From the IMG/VR virus record IMGVR_UViG_3300005678_000009, positions 1 to 64,000 of that record: DNA of 64,000 nucleotides; one strand, 5' to 3'. A program made the position numbers and the translations under genes. The notes under the pieces are model-generated. The model was not told the DNA's origin. It searched no databases and saw only the letters and a list, made by a program, of their open reading frames with translations. Below, in pieces: positions 29,401 to 38,346 of this stretch (the first letter of the stretch is position 1; each line of letters begins with the position of its first letter). This stretch comes from an uncultured virus (IMG/VR IMGVR_UViG_3300005678_000009) (Duplodnaviria; Heunggongvirae; Uroviricota; Caudoviricetes).

Positions 29401-30149
29401 GTGGCTACAACATGACCAAAAAGTTAATTCACGTTGGTGCTTTGGATTCGTTATTTGACAAAAAAGAATCTTTAATTGGTAAGATCTCAAAATATGAAAG
29501 AGCGGTTAAGCTTGTTGAGCATGAGCAAAAAATCAAAGATTACGATGCTCGCATTGCTAAATTTCAAGCTGAGGGCGACCTTAAAGGAGTCCAAAGAACT
29601 GAGAATCTTAAGGCCAAGCTGATTGCTGCCGGACCTGCTGAAGAGCATTGTGATGATTTTTATGGTTCTTTAACCTATAAGAAAAAACTAGACTTTCTTG
29701 TTAAAAAATCTATCTTTCCTAGCATGACATTGGATTTACAAAGTGTTTTGGAAAAAGACTCTAAATTACCAATCACTACAGGTGGACACCATAGTACCAT
29801 TATGGATAAATGGGGTCGGGATACTATTTTAATCTCAGGTGAGCATTTACAACAGATTGATTCTACGTTTTTAACTAAAGATGCGAAGTTTTGTGTGCCT
29901 GGATATGTCTTAAAATGCGAAACCTTTAAATATGATGGCGGCAACAAAAAAGCTCTCAAAATGATCATTGACTCATCTGGATACATCTCAGAAAAAGTTT
30001 TATGGCCCGATTACAATACAGGCCAATTAATTTATCCACCAGATCTAACAGAAGGGTGTATTGCATATTTTGTGTATCAAAAGAAGGCAGATAAGCCGTA
30101 TACGAACATTTTTGAGATTATTGTGGAAGAACCTGCAATTACAGCTTGA
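26496..30149 (+). CDS. dnaE: DNA polymerase III alpha subunit (C family)
   Basis: 'GPGRGSAGG', 'PDIDCD', 'KYDFL', 'TYGILVFQEQ', 'YGFNKSHA'; degenerate PHP domain. Confidence 0.93.
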   Translation: MNHISPVNHPESYLTGSTVEAMIDRSKELGLNYFPITDLGYLTSVLKGYIYGEKVGVKVIAGVELFFKDDDCEIIKNTPSEQIKYFKIVVHAKDQDAYQKIVKMCSDTKRKRLWVAENSYGLFTWKDLEELAKSNVTVTTSNVECMVSKHLLVGRADLGLKYYEKLRNLFGAENFYPSIVPYKQDKYWSTVVKVQLGEKEVFIPANDRIETDQYEKAKAVELTRRGNKHTKVLAVFIDGVRFKVKEENQLIGKAKLLNTYQDIPGGDIQTKANQFVMALAHRYGDQDRLLINNNSYYATKEDKVVQDMKLGEEKRIYQSQFIATVDEIKEYLTGELALPETSIQTMVNNSHAWAGLFKEFKLKYDYRLPTPEGDPLELLEKQIAKVGRMPWDDERYVKQYKEELELLTGNGVINLIPYFLPIVDVYDYYEKNGYLTGPGRGSAGGFLISYLLGITHVDPIKLGLSSPRFLTMDRVKQGNLPDIDCDLESRVPLVGKDGSSGYLFEKYGDKAAQVSTRTLLRIKSAILDANRFLNKGVVAQEISALAKSLPNTPQGVDDYEYVLGYEDDKGEYHPGLFDKNEDLQKYAQERPQEWDIVKRALSLARQNSRHACAYLVADRPIEDIIPTFEVGGVKRITQPTAKECEYAGLVKYDFLVISSLKDINLCLKYINQHHGDKNMKTGYFMHKGKNTYVWDLPQDKEIYDMLSSGKTETVFQLNSAGSTPTVKKVKPTNIVDLATITSLERPGPKDFRDPKTGRNMVEEFIERKNGRSVSDIPILQELIPETYGILVFQEQITKIAKELGQMNVEDSENVRIGMGKKKKKLLDSLGPVFIEGASKRTDPETAKKIWSMMETFARYGFNKSHAVAYVVVSYACAFFKYYYPLEWWAAVLSNADQKEINEVFYKYVKDMVLPPDVNTSNEEMTVDYNLGKIRNKLSMISGIGTAAAEKIISRRPYSDITDFVRKKACGYNMTKKLIHVGALDSLFDKKESLIGKISKYERAVKLVEHEQKIKDYDARIAKFQAEGDLKGVQRTENLKAKLIAAGPAEEHCDDFYGSLTYKKKLDFLVKKSIFPSMTLDLQSVLEKDSKLPITTGGHHSTIMDKWGRDTILISGEHLQQIDSTFLTKDAKFCVPGYVLKCETFKYDGGNKKALKMIIDSSGYISEKVLWPDYNTGQLIYPPDLTEGCIAYFVYQKKADKPYTNIFEIIVEEPAITA

Positions 30150-30174
30150 CACTTTTTGTAATTTTTGTTATTCT
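30146..30174 (+). promoter_or_regulatory. Host sigma70-type promoter
   Basis: TTGACA-17 bp-TATTCT with extended TGn. Confidence 0.75.
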
Positions 30175-30193
30175 GTATTTGTTAGGAGGCATT

Positions 30194-30508
30194 ATGATGC
30201 TGACAGATTTAAACAAGTTCGATAAACAAAGATTTGACCTTTTGGTTTTTAAAATTAAAGCTACTAAGCAAAATTACGTTCAATTTATGAATGAAAATGA
30301 ACACTTACAAGGTTCTCGTTTTAACGATGACAACCGTATTGCTCGCATGATATTGGGTTATTTTTATGGTGAAGCTAAAATGGATTATGTAATAGCTAAC
30401 CAAAATTTCTTATTGACTGATTCTCAAGCTATTGAAACTTATATCAAAAAAGCAGTTTTGGAATCTGCTAGTGCAGATCACTGGTATACTAACGAGAAAG
30501 CTTGGTAA
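30194..30508 (+). CDS. Hypothetical protein
   Basis: SD AGGAGG before ATG 30194; the track start at 30146 is the -35 box. Confidence 0.65.
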   Translation: MMLTDLNKFDKQRFDLLVFKIKATKQNYVQFMNENEHLQGSRFNDDNRIARMILGYFYGEAKMDYVIANQNFLLTDSQAIETYIKKAVLESASADHWYTNEKAW

Positions 30509-30510
30509 TT

Positions 30511-31359
30511 ATGAAAATCATCGGGGTGGTTTTATCGATTTTTATATGTTTCATGACCGGGGTTTTTGTAATTTCAAAAAGAACTCCTCAGTCTGAACCT
30601 GAAATTAAAGTAGAATCTTCTTTGATGTTAAGAGCTGGCAAAAACACAATTAAAGTTGCAGTTATTGATACTGGTTTTGATTTTAAATCCAATTGGACAA
30701 AAGCAGGCTTTACACTCCCAAAAATCTGTGACGAAGGTCATCAGGACTTTACTGGCTACGGCACACAAGATGTTCATGGGCATGGCACACACATTGCTGG
30801 CTTAATCGGTAAGGACATCGATGATGTGGATTATTGTATTGTAGCTTTAAAATTCTATCACGATCACAATACTTTATTTTCAGAATCAAATTCGAAGCGT
30901 GCTATGAGAAAGGCAATTGAATTGGGTGTTGATGTGATTAATTATTCTGGTGGTGGAAATGACTTTGACGCCGATGAATGCAAACTAGTAAAATATGCTC
31001 TTGACAGTGGTATTCAGGTTGTAGCTGCTGCAGGCAATGAAAGATCCGATATTAACAAACATCCTTATTATCCAGCGATGTGTGATAAAAGAGTAATTAT
31101 TGTGCAAAACGTTGATATTAAAGGGAAAAGATTGCCTTCTTCTAATTATTCGTTAAATCGTAAGGGTGAGACTCATGTTTATTCAGAGTGTGGAGACAAA
31201 CGTCTATCTCTAGGCTTAAACAATGCCTTAGACCGAATGACCGGTAGCAGCCAATCAACAGCTGTTATGACCGGCAAGGTAGTTAGAAAAATCCAAAACA
31301 CTCGAAATTGGAAACAACATTATTTTAAAGCAATTCCTCAAAAAAACATGGAAGTGTGA
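30511..31359 (+). CDS. Subtilisin-like S8 serine protease with an N-terminal membrane anchor or signal
   Basis: 'VAVIDTG', 'HGHGTHIAG', 'AAAGNE', 'TGSSQSTA'; hydrophobic N-terminus. Confidence 0.85.
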   Translation: MKIIGVVLSIFICFMTGVFVISKRTPQSEPEIKVESSLMLRAGKNTIKVAVIDTGFDFKSNWTKAGFTLPKICDEGHQDFTGYGTQDVHGHGTHIAGLIGKDIDDVDYCIVALKFYHDHNTLFSESNSKRAMRKAIELGVDVINYSGGGNDFDADECKLVKYALDSGIQVVAAAGNERSDINKHPYYPAMCDKRVIIVQNVDIKGKRLPSSNYSLNRKGETHVYSECGDKRLSLGLNNALDRMTGSSQSTAVMTGKVVRKIQNTRNWKQHYFKAIPQKNMEV

Positions 31360-31364
31360 TTTTT

Positions 31365-31375
31365 TGTGGTATTAT
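31365..31375 (+). promoter_or_regulatory. TGTGG-TAWWAT promoter motif
   Basis: TGTGGTATTAT upstream of SD AAGGAG. Confidence 0.7.
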
Positions 31376-31403
31376 CACAAATGAAGATGAACAAGGAGCG
31401 TAC

Positions 31404-32174
31404 ATGAGTACTTTGAAAGAACTTGCCGAAAAGATCAAACAGCAAAAAGCGATTGCTGCTTCAGACCCAGGCAATGACCCACAAACGCGTAGGGTAAGAT
31501 TGGGAAATATTACCCAAGCCAAAGAACAGCTTAAAGATTTGCGATTATCTTATCGAAAATTGCTACTTAAAAGTGCAGCTTTTATTATTGTTACTGGAGA
31601 TCAAGCTGACAAGTTTGCTAAAACTGCCGAAGAGAAGTACGATTGCTTTGCTGTAAACGCAGAGGATTTTTACAACGAAATGATCGAAAAAGTACCTGAA
31701 GTACTTTACAAAGATAAAATTTCTTCTGGAAATCTCTTTGAGCATATCGGCAACGCATTGGAAGACAAGGCTCGCGATCTAGATATCGTGAGTTATCCAG
31801 CACTTATCTTTGAATCGAAATATAAAAAACAAATTAAAGATAAAAATGAACTTTTGTCATTGACAAAGTCGGCTATTAATGAGAAAGTAGGAAGTGAGAT
31901 TGTTGGAATCGACGCTATGGATAAGATTTCCGATAAAGTTTTGAATTCAGAGCTTTCAGGAAAGACCATTCCGGTAGTTCTTTACACCTCTGATACAGCA
32001 ACGGTAGAAGAGTTGTCAAAAGGCTTAAAGCGTTCTCTAACAAGAAACACACATATTATTGCAACTGGCGAAGTGGACGATAAAACTAAAAACATTTCAC
32101 TGGATGTAGTGGACAAAGTAACAACCAAGGCTGTTGAAAAAAGCCTTTTAAAAATTAGACAAAGTTTGGTATAA
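31404..32174 (+). CDS. Hypothetical protein, possibly a degenerate P-loop (NMP-kinase-like) fold
   Basis: SD AAGGAG; 'FIIVTGDQADKFAK' looks like a Walker A lacking the GxGK core. Confidence 0.5.
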   Translation: MSTLKELAEKIKQQKAIAASDPGNDPQTRRVRLGNITQAKEQLKDLRLSYRKLLLKSAAFIIVTGDQADKFAKTAEEKYDCFAVNAEDFYNEMIEKVPEVLYKDKISSGNLFEHIGNALEDKARDLDIVSYPALIFESKYKKQIKDKNELLSLTKSAINEKVGSEIVGIDAMDKISDKVLNSELSGKTIPVVLYTSDTATVEELSKGLKRSLTRNTHIIATGEVDDKTKNISLDVVDKVTTKAVEKSLLKIRQSLV

Positions 32175-32191
32175 CCAACAAGGAGAGAAAG

Positions 32192-33214
32192 ATGGAATTA
32201 GGTAAGGCGAAATACGGCTCAGGTAAGACCGTTTTTAAAATTCAGGACGGAGATAATGTTTATCGTATTCTTCCTCCTATGGGTAAACTTGCTAAACAAG
32301 GCAAGTGGTATGAGTACTATCGTGTTGAGTGGGGATACAAAAACTCCGCTGGCAAGAATCGTCCATTCCAAGACGTTCGTAAGGTAAACTATCAAAATAA
32401 AATGGTTGAGGTTGAATCAGATGCTCACCTTAGACGTGAAGCTTTAAAGGCTGAAAAAGACGCTCTTGTTAAAACTCTTCGTGCAAATCCACAAGATGCA
32501 GCTGCTTTGGCGCGTGCTAAAACAGTAACGGAAGAGCTTAAGCGTTACAATCTTGATGCTAAGTATTATCTTAATGCCATTGACCTTCAGGGTAAAATTG
32601 GATTGTTAAAGATCGGCTCTCGTGCTTTCAAGTTATTGAAAACTCAAATTGAAGATTTGCGCAAGACTGGAGTTGACCCACTTTCAATTGAAAATGGACG
32701 GTTTTTTAACTTTAATCGATCTAATCCAACCGGCAATTTTAACGATACAGCTTACCAAGTAACTGTATACCAAGAAAACGTGCAAATTAACGGTAAAACA
32801 TACAAAGAAGACAAGGTTCATGTGATTGATCAATCTATTATCGATCGTCTTTCTGATGAAGCCTATGAGCTTTCTGGTATGTATCCAGTGTTGACTGCAA
32901 TTCAAGTTTCTCAAATCGTTAAAGAAGGTGCAACAGCTGTTGACCGCCTTCTTGGTGCAGGTAACGAGACTGCTTCAGATGATGATGGTGGAGATGATGA
33001 AGAAACAACACAATCTACACCAGTAATTGCTAGTCAGCAAGTACCTACCCAAACAATGACTACGCAACCACCAGTTGTACAACAAGCAGTTGCACAAGCG
33101 GTACCTACAACAGAAACTCTAGTGGCCACTAAAACTGAGATTCCAGCTGCACCGCCTAAGGGTGAGGTTTCCGTAGATCAATTTTTAAAATCAATTGGAG
33201 CACTTAGCTCATGA
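32192..33214 (+). CDS. Single-stranded DNA-binding protein (gp32-like)
   Basis: 'G.N.YRILPP', 'KYYLNAID', 'DP....GR.FNF'; acidic/PQ tail; neighbours RecA. Confidence 0.7.
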   Translation: MELGKAKYGSGKTVFKIQDGDNVYRILPPMGKLAKQGKWYEYYRVEWGYKNSAGKNRPFQDVRKVNYQNKMVEVESDAHLRREALKAEKDALVKTLRANPQDAAALARAKTVTEELKRYNLDAKYYLNAIDLQGKIGLLKIGSRAFKLLKTQIEDLRKTGVDPLSIENGRFFNFNRSNPTGNFNDTAYQVTVYQENVQINGKTYKEDKVHVIDQSIIDRLSDEAYELSGMYPVLTAIQVSQIVKEGATAVDRLLGAGNETASDDDGGDDEETTQSTPVIASQQVPTQTMTTQPPVVQQAVAQAVPTTETLVATKTEIPAAPPKGEVSVDQFLKSIGALSS

Positions 33215-33717
33215 GTGATTCTAGCCTTCCTGTTAAATTACAAACTGTAGAGCTGGTAGTGCCAGCTTTTCAGGACCGTCAAGCAGTTACACTGTATTTC
33301 GGTAAAATTAAAGAAGGCGAAAGTCGTTTGGTTGAGTCTCAAATTGTTAATCCGTCCACATATTCAGAATTGTCATATGCTTTTAACGAAGGATATCGTG
33401 AAGCCAGAGCCAATATTAGATCTATTGGCTTTGAAATCGTACAAGCTGATAAAATGTATCGGAAGAAAAAATCCGAACTCATTCTCGACGAATATCCAGC
33501 GTTTTTAAAAACTGTGGATATGAAAGACAATGCAACTCTTAGAGAGGCATTTTTAGAAAAAAATCAAGAGTTGGAAAAAATTCAAGATCGTATCGATATG
33601 CTTAAGGCAATGCATCAATTGATGGAAGATAAGATTAAAGTTTTTGAAAACGCTTGCAAATACATGAAGGTTCAAATGGACCTAATTAAAGGTAGTTTTA
33701 ACTCAAACAAATATTAG
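33211..33717 (+). CDS. Helical protein, possibly a UvsY-like recombination mediator
   Basis: All-helical protein between SSB and RecA. Confidence 0.4.
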   Translation: MSDSSLPVKLQTVELVVPAFQDRQAVTLYFGKIKEGESRLVESQIVNPSTYSELSYAFNEGYREARANIRSIGFEIVQADKMYRKKKSELILDEYPAFLKTVDMKDNATLREAFLEKNQELEKIQDRIDMLKAMHQLMEDKIKVFENACKYMKVQMDLIKGSFNSNKY

Positions 33718-33724
33718 AGGGTTT

Positions 33725-33955
33725 ATGCAAATTTACGCTATTAAATTCAGAAACAAAGGTGAGAAGGTTTACACTTCTGCATTGTTCACAGCAAGAACAC
33801 ACCAATCTTTCTCTAAGAAACTAAAAAAGTTTCTAGGTACTGATAATGGAATGGAAGTAGATCGCAGAACCATTTCTTGGTCTGGCGGCTCTATTCCACT
33901 TGGCAGCACACAAAAACCTTTATTAATCTACACTGATTTAGACAGTGTAACATAG
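33725..33955 (+). CDS. Hypothetical protein
   Basis: SD GAGGG upstream. Confidence 0.55.
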   Translation: MQIYAIKFRNKGEKVYTSALFTARTHQSFSKKLKKFLGTDNGMEVDRRTISWSGGSIPLGSTQKPLLIYTDLDSVT

Positions 33956-33963
33956 GAGATGAT

Positions 33964-34191
33964 ATGAACGGTAAAAAAGCTAAAGAAATTCGTAGAATGG
34001 CAAAAGAAGCAGGACACTTTGACACAAAACCAGAGTATCGAGCTAAAATTACTAAGAAAATGGCATACTATATCAACGATAAAGGCGTGCCACAAGCTCA
34101 AGAAGTTCAACGCCAAACAATCATTAATGTTAACAAAATCATTTATCGTCGAATGAAACAAGCTTACAAAAACGGCGAATTAGCTGTTTAA
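33964..34191 (+). CDS. Small basic hypothetical protein
   Basis: SD AGGAG; MNGKKAKEIRR start. Confidence 0.65.
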   Translation: MNGKKAKEIRRMAKEAGHFDTKPEYRAKITKKMAYYINDKGVPQAQEVQRQTIINVNKIIYRRMKQAYKNGELAV

Positions 34192-34199
34192 GGTGATTT

Positions 34200-35249
34200 A
34201 TGAGTAAAAATAAATGGATGAAAGAATTGAATCGAATGGAAGGTGCGGTTGACCGTGAGTACAACCCATACCTTCTAGAAAATACAATTCAGACTGTTTC
34301 TCCAAGCTTAAATTGGACTTTCAGCAAGTCTGCTGGACTTTCTTTTATGGAATTCCTGCTTCTTTGGGGTCAACCTAAAGCTGGTAAGTCAATTGTGTCA
34401 GATGCCTTTGTATCAGCCCTTCACGCGAAGGATAAGGATGCAATGGCTATGAAGTTTGACACAGAAATGCGTGAAATGGGTCACAAAGAGCCTTTTTGGA
34501 ATATTGACGAAGAACGCTATCCAGTGTTTAATGCCAATGAACCACAATTGATTTTTGACCGTTTGACTAAGGATGTATTTCCTATGGTTGAGGAGGGTAT
34601 GCCTTTAAAATTAGTTATTATTGACTCCCTACAGGGTATTCAGGGTGTTAAGGCTGCAAATGCCGACTCAGTGACAGATCATCAAATGGGTGACCATGCC
34701 ATGACAATCCAAAAGGGTTTGATGGCTATCTCTCCATTCCTTCGACGTCACAAGATCGCTTTGATCGCAACAGCTCATGTCCGAGGCAACTTAGACGCTG
34801 GTATGTATGGACCTAAAGAGAAAATGGCCGGTGGATGGCACCAAAAGCATAGTTTTGAGTATTACATGAAGGTTTCACGTGACAATTCAGCTGATGGTAA
34901 AAAAGATGCTCTTGGAAATGCTTTAGAAACAGACACCAAAGATTTTAAAGACAAAGCAGAGAGAACGGGCCATAAAATCTATGTTGAGATGACAGAATCT
35001 TCTCGCGGAGTTGCTGGACGCTCTGGACAGTTCACATTCGACTACAATAAGGGTATTGTGAACACAGAAGAAGAAATCTTAAAACTTTCTGTTAATATGG
35101 GTTTTATTGAACGACCAAATAATGTGACTTACATCATGGGTGATAAAAACTTCAAGGGCAAGGAAGCCGTTTTAACTGAAATTCGCGATAATAAAGCTTT
35201 GCAAAAGAACCTTTTAGAAAGGATTTACGGCCAAGCCAAAGGTGAATAG
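34200..35249 (+). CDS. RecA/UvsX-like recombinase
   Basis: Walker A GQPKAGKS, 'FDTE', 'VIIDSL', 'AGG' motif. Confidence 0.85.
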   Translation: MSKNKWMKELNRMEGAVDREYNPYLLENTIQTVSPSLNWTFSKSAGLSFMEFLLLWGQPKAGKSIVSDAFVSALHAKDKDAMAMKFDTEMREMGHKEPFWNIDEERYPVFNANEPQLIFDRLTKDVFPMVEEGMPLKLVIIDSLQGIQGVKAANADSVTDHQMGDHAMTIQKGLMAISPFLRRHKIALIATAHVRGNLDAGMYGPKEKMAGGWHQKHSFEYYMKVSRDNSADGKKDALGNALETDTKDFKDKAERTGHKIYVEMTESSRGVAGRSGQFTFDYNKGIVNTEEEILKLSVNMGFIERPNNVTYIMGDKNFKGKEAVLTEIRDNKALQKNLLERIYGQAKGE

Positions 35250-35476
35250 TGAAAGAAGATCTGCAACAGGCCATTCGAGACCTATTCTTTATGATTCTGG
35301 TTGAAATGGTCTGCACACCCCTTGGATTGTATACATGGATTATTTTTGGTTTTCATTTAATCCATGTGGTAATTTTAGTAGCTTATGTGGCAGCCGTGGT
35401 ACGTTTATTCAGTGCTGCCAATATTATTGTTAAATATGTAAGACTTGTAAATAGCGAGAAAGACATGAGAAAATAA
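35249..35476 (+). CDS. Small membrane protein
   Basis: Two hydrophobic segments. Confidence 0.5.
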   Translation: MKEDLQQAIRDLFFMILVEMVCTPLGLYTWIIFGFHLIHVVILVAYVAAVVRLFSAANIIVKYVRLVNSEKDMRK

Positions 35477-35513
35477 CTTAGTTCTCAAAGTGAGATTGTG
35501 TTTAAATAATTAT

Positions 35514-35541
35514 TTGACTTCCGGTGAAGTTGTGTTATTCT
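35514..35541 (+). promoter_or_regulatory. Sigma70-type promoter overlapped by palindromes
   Basis: TTGACT-16 bp-TATTCT with TGn; palindromes at 35483-35495, 35504-35515 and 35517-35530. Confidence 0.6.
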
Positions 35542-35575
35542 ATTATCACAACAACAAATTACCTAGGAGGGTAAG

Positions 35576-36535
35576 ATGGCTCATGAAGTAGAACAAATGT
35601 TATTTGTAGGCGAAGCACCTTGGCACAAACTTGGTCGCAGATTTGAAATGCCACCTTCATTAGAAGAAGCTTTGGTTGCTGCTGGTCTTGACTGGAAAGT
35701 TACAACAGAACCTTTATTTTCAGCTGCTCAAGAAGAAGTTGACGCTCTTTTAACACGTCGCTCTTCAGATAATAGTATCCTTGGCGTTGTAGGTCCTAAT
35801 TACACTCCCCTACAAAACACAGAAGCTTTTGAATTTTTCCGTCCATTCCTTGATGAAAAAGCTGCTGCTATCGAAACAGCTGGTTCATTAAGACATGGAA
35901 AAAGAGTTTGGATTTTGGCTAAAATTAACCGTGACCCAATGGTTATTAAAGGAAATGACGTTGTTGATAAATACGTTCTTCTTTCAAATAGCCATGATGG
36001 TACACTAGCAGTTCGTGTAGGTTTCACACCTATCCGTGTTGTATGTAACAATACACTTTCTATGTCTTTGACTTCTAAAGCTTCTCAATTGATTCGTGTT
36101 AAACACACTAAAAATGTGGTTCAGAATCTTGAGAATATCCAAGAAATCATGAACATGGCTGATGCTGAGTTCCAAGCAACTGCTGAACAGTATCGTTTTT
36201 TAACTTCAAAAGAAATTAACCATAAAGATCTTGAGAAGTATGTTAAGATTGTATTCAACACCACTGCTAAGCTTGCTGAAGTCAATGGTGACCTGTCAAG
36301 TTTAAGCAACAAAAGAATCCTTGAGTCAGTTATCCCATTGTTCGAAAAAGGACGTGGAAATGACATGAAAGAGATTCGTGGTACTTACTGGGCAGCCTAT
36401 AACGCTGTTAATGAGTATCTTCAATACGAAAGAGGTGAAGAAAACTCTACTCGTATGGACAGTATGTGGTTTGGCGACAGTGCTGCCAAAAACAAGAAAG
36501 CATTAGACACAGCCCTAATCTTGGCGGCTGCTTAA
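35576..36535 (+). CDS. DUF932 / phage-plasmid-like protein
   Basis: 'MAHEVE...PWHKLG', 'AGLDWKV', 'Y.PLQN.EAF', 'ETAGSL..GKRVW', 'NSHDG', 'TPIRVVCNNTL'. Confidence 0.85.
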   Translation: MAHEVEQMLFVGEAPWHKLGRRFEMPPSLEEALVAAGLDWKVTTEPLFSAAQEEVDALLTRRSSDNSILGVVGPNYTPLQNTEAFEFFRPFLDEKAAAIETAGSLRHGKRVWILAKINRDPMVIKGNDVVDKYVLLSNSHDGTLAVRVGFTPIRVVCNNTLSMSLTSKASQLIRVKHTKNVVQNLENIQEIMNMADAEFQATAEQYRFLTSKEINHKDLEKYVKIVFNTTAKLAEVNGDLSSLSNKRILESVIPLFEKGRGNDMKEIRGTYWAAYNAVNEYLQYERGEENSTRMDSMWFGDSAAKNKKALDTALILAAA

Positions 36536-36547
36536 TTAACCCCCCAT

Positions 36548-36593
36548 GGGTCCGGCTACCCCCCCCTTAAAGCCGGACCCTCCTTTTTGGAGG
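36548..36593 (+). terminator. GC-rich hairpin with a C-rich loop (terminator-like) overlapping an SD-sequestering hairpin
   Basis: GGGTCCGGCT-acccccccctt aa-AGCCGGACCC, then TCCTTTTT; CCTCC-TTTTT-GGAGG. Confidence 0.6.
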
Positions 36594-36597
36594 ATTT

Positions 36598-36867
36598 ATG
36601 AAATGGCTTATTTTGACACTCTTATCTCTTCAAGCAAATGCCCAAGCTTCCATTCCCAAACAAAACGATCGCCTAATTAAATTTATTAAAACTGAGTGTG
36701 ATTTTCTCAATACGAGAATTTCATTTGACAAACGTATGGATTGTGTGACAGACTATCTTAACTGCGCTATTGTTGGTTCCGGTGATGTAGACCTGGACCA
36801 AATGTTAAGCAAAGAATGCTTGAAAGCAGCAGCTAAAAGGAGAGAAAATGCACAACTTCAAGACTAA
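36598..36867 (+). CDS. Small exported Cys-containing protein
   Basis: MKWLILTLLSLQANA signal-like N-terminus; 4 Cys. Confidence 0.6.
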   Translation: MKWLILTLLSLQANAQASIPKQNDRLIKFIKTECDFLNTRISFDKRMDCVTDYLNCAIVGSGDVDLDQMLSKECLKAAAKRRENAQLQD

Positions 36868-37165
36868 AGTAAACTTAGAACTTTACATAGAAAATCTTAA
36901 CAACTACGACCTTGTAACAAAAGAAGTAGAAGTTAATTGGAATTTGGAATTTGAAATGCGTGATTCTGGTGTTAAAAGCTTTATCATCACAGTTCCAGAA
37001 CAAAAAATCAACGTAGATATTAATGTTTGGGGTGAGCAAGAAGATGAACAAAAAACATTGACTTTCAAACTGGACAATGTTAAGATCGAAAAGAATGAAG
37101 GTCGTGAAATGATCATCCCCTCTTCTTTAGAGTTTTTTAAAGAGAAATGGACATTGGTGTTTTAA
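36848..37165 (+). CDS. Hypothetical protein
   Basis: SD AAGGAG upstream. Confidence 0.6.
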   Translation: MHNFKTKVNLELYIENLNNYDLVTKEVEVNWNLEFEMRDSGVKSFIITVPEQKINVDINVWGEQEDEQKTLTFKLDNVKIEKNEGREMIIPSSLEFFKEKWTLVF

Positions 37166-37524
37166 TGAGTGCTGATTTTGAAACCAAATACGCTGAAGTA
37201 ACCATCAACACTGACGACGCACACAGCGAATACAATGGCTATATCGCTGTCAGATTTAATCCAGATGGTGCCAAATATCAATTCTTTGCAGAAGCTTACT
37301 ATATTTCTATCTCTAACGATATTATTTCCTTGTTAAATCGAGAAGATATGAATGAATACCATCCACAAGTTAATTTTCCTAAAACATACAACTCACAAAA
37401 TGTTAGATTTGATGATTGGACTATCAGTGTTGAATTGGCTAGTATCAAAGATACCATCTTTGGCCCTGACATTGTTCAAATTGTTAAGAAATACGAAAAA
37501 GAATATGATGCAAAAGTAGGTTGA
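37165..37524 (+). CDS. Hypothetical protein
   Basis: TAATG coupling with the upstream gene. Confidence 0.6.
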   Translation: MSADFETKYAEVTINTDDAHSEYNGYIAVRFNPDGAKYQFFAEAYYISISNDIISLLNREDMNEYHPQVNFPKTYNSQNVRFDDWTISVELASIKDTIFGPDIVQIVKKYEKEYDAKVG

Positions 37525-38346
37525 ATGAAAAAAGGTGATTCTCTTGGCGACCGCATGAAAGAACAGTACGAAAACCGTACTCGTTACAATCTACCGCGTC
37601 GAACATATACAATTATTAGAGTTGACGGTAAGGCATTTCATACTTTCACGAAAGGTTTTGACAAGCCATTTGATAAAGATCTTATGGACGTCATGGATTT
37701 GGTTGCAAAGACACTTTGTGAAGAAATCCAAGGTGCAAGAATGGCTTATGTCCAGTCAGATGAAATCTCGATTTTATTAACCGACTTTGAAACCCCACAG
37801 ACGGAAGCTTGGTTCAATGGAAATCTTCAAAAAATGGTGTCTATCTCTGCAGCCATTGCAACGGCTAAATTCAATGACTGTATTGTTGATGAAGTAATGT
37901 TTAAAAAGAATGCTAAGTTTCACAAGCCAGATCTTGCCTTGTTTGACTCTCGTGTTTTCACTATTTCTGACCCTATCGAAGTGGAAAATTATTTTATTTG
38001 GCGTCAACAAGACGCTACTAGAAACAGCATCCAGATGGCAGCAAGGGCTTTGTACAGCCATAAACAATGTGACAACAAAAACACTTCCGAACTACAAGAA
38101 ATGTGTTTTCAAAAAGGTGTTAATTGGAATGATTACTCAGCTCGTGAAAAACGCGGTGGATGGGTAATTAAAAAATCAACTGGTGTTGTGGTCGATACAG
38201 ACCCACCAATTAAAGTTAGGGGATGGTTAGTGGAAGGATCACCCTTATTTACAGCAGAACGTAAACTTTTGAGGGCTCAAATCCCTCGAATTCTCACAGA
38301 GGAAGTGGAAAATGGCAAATCAGAAGACGAAAAAACCGAATTTTAA
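37525..38346 (+). CDS. Thg1-like tRNA(His) guanylyltransferase / 3'-5' polymerase
   Basis: 'IIRVDGKAFHTFT', 'KPFD', 'YVQSDEIS', 'FDSR', 'YFIWRQQDA.RN'. Confidence 0.9.
   Translation: MKKGDSLGDRMKEQYENRTRYNLPRRTYTIIRVDGKAFHTFTKGFDKPFDKDLMDVMDLVAKTLCEEIQGARMAYVQSDEISILLTDFETPQTEAWFNGNLQKMVSISAAIATAKFNDCIVDEVMFKKNAKFHKPDLALFDSRVFTISDPIEVENYFIWRQQDATRNSIQMAARALYSHKQCDNKNTSELQEMCFQKGVNWNDYSAREKRGGWVIKKSTGVVVDTDPPIKVRGWLVEGSPLFTAERKLLRAQIPRILTEEVENGKSEDEKTEF

Noticed and set aside
26496..30149. Intein in DnaE (also checked NrdA, helicases, RecA)
   Set aside because: No C/S-start...HN-C/S/T splice junctions or LAGLIDADG blocks seen; protein lengths do not require one.
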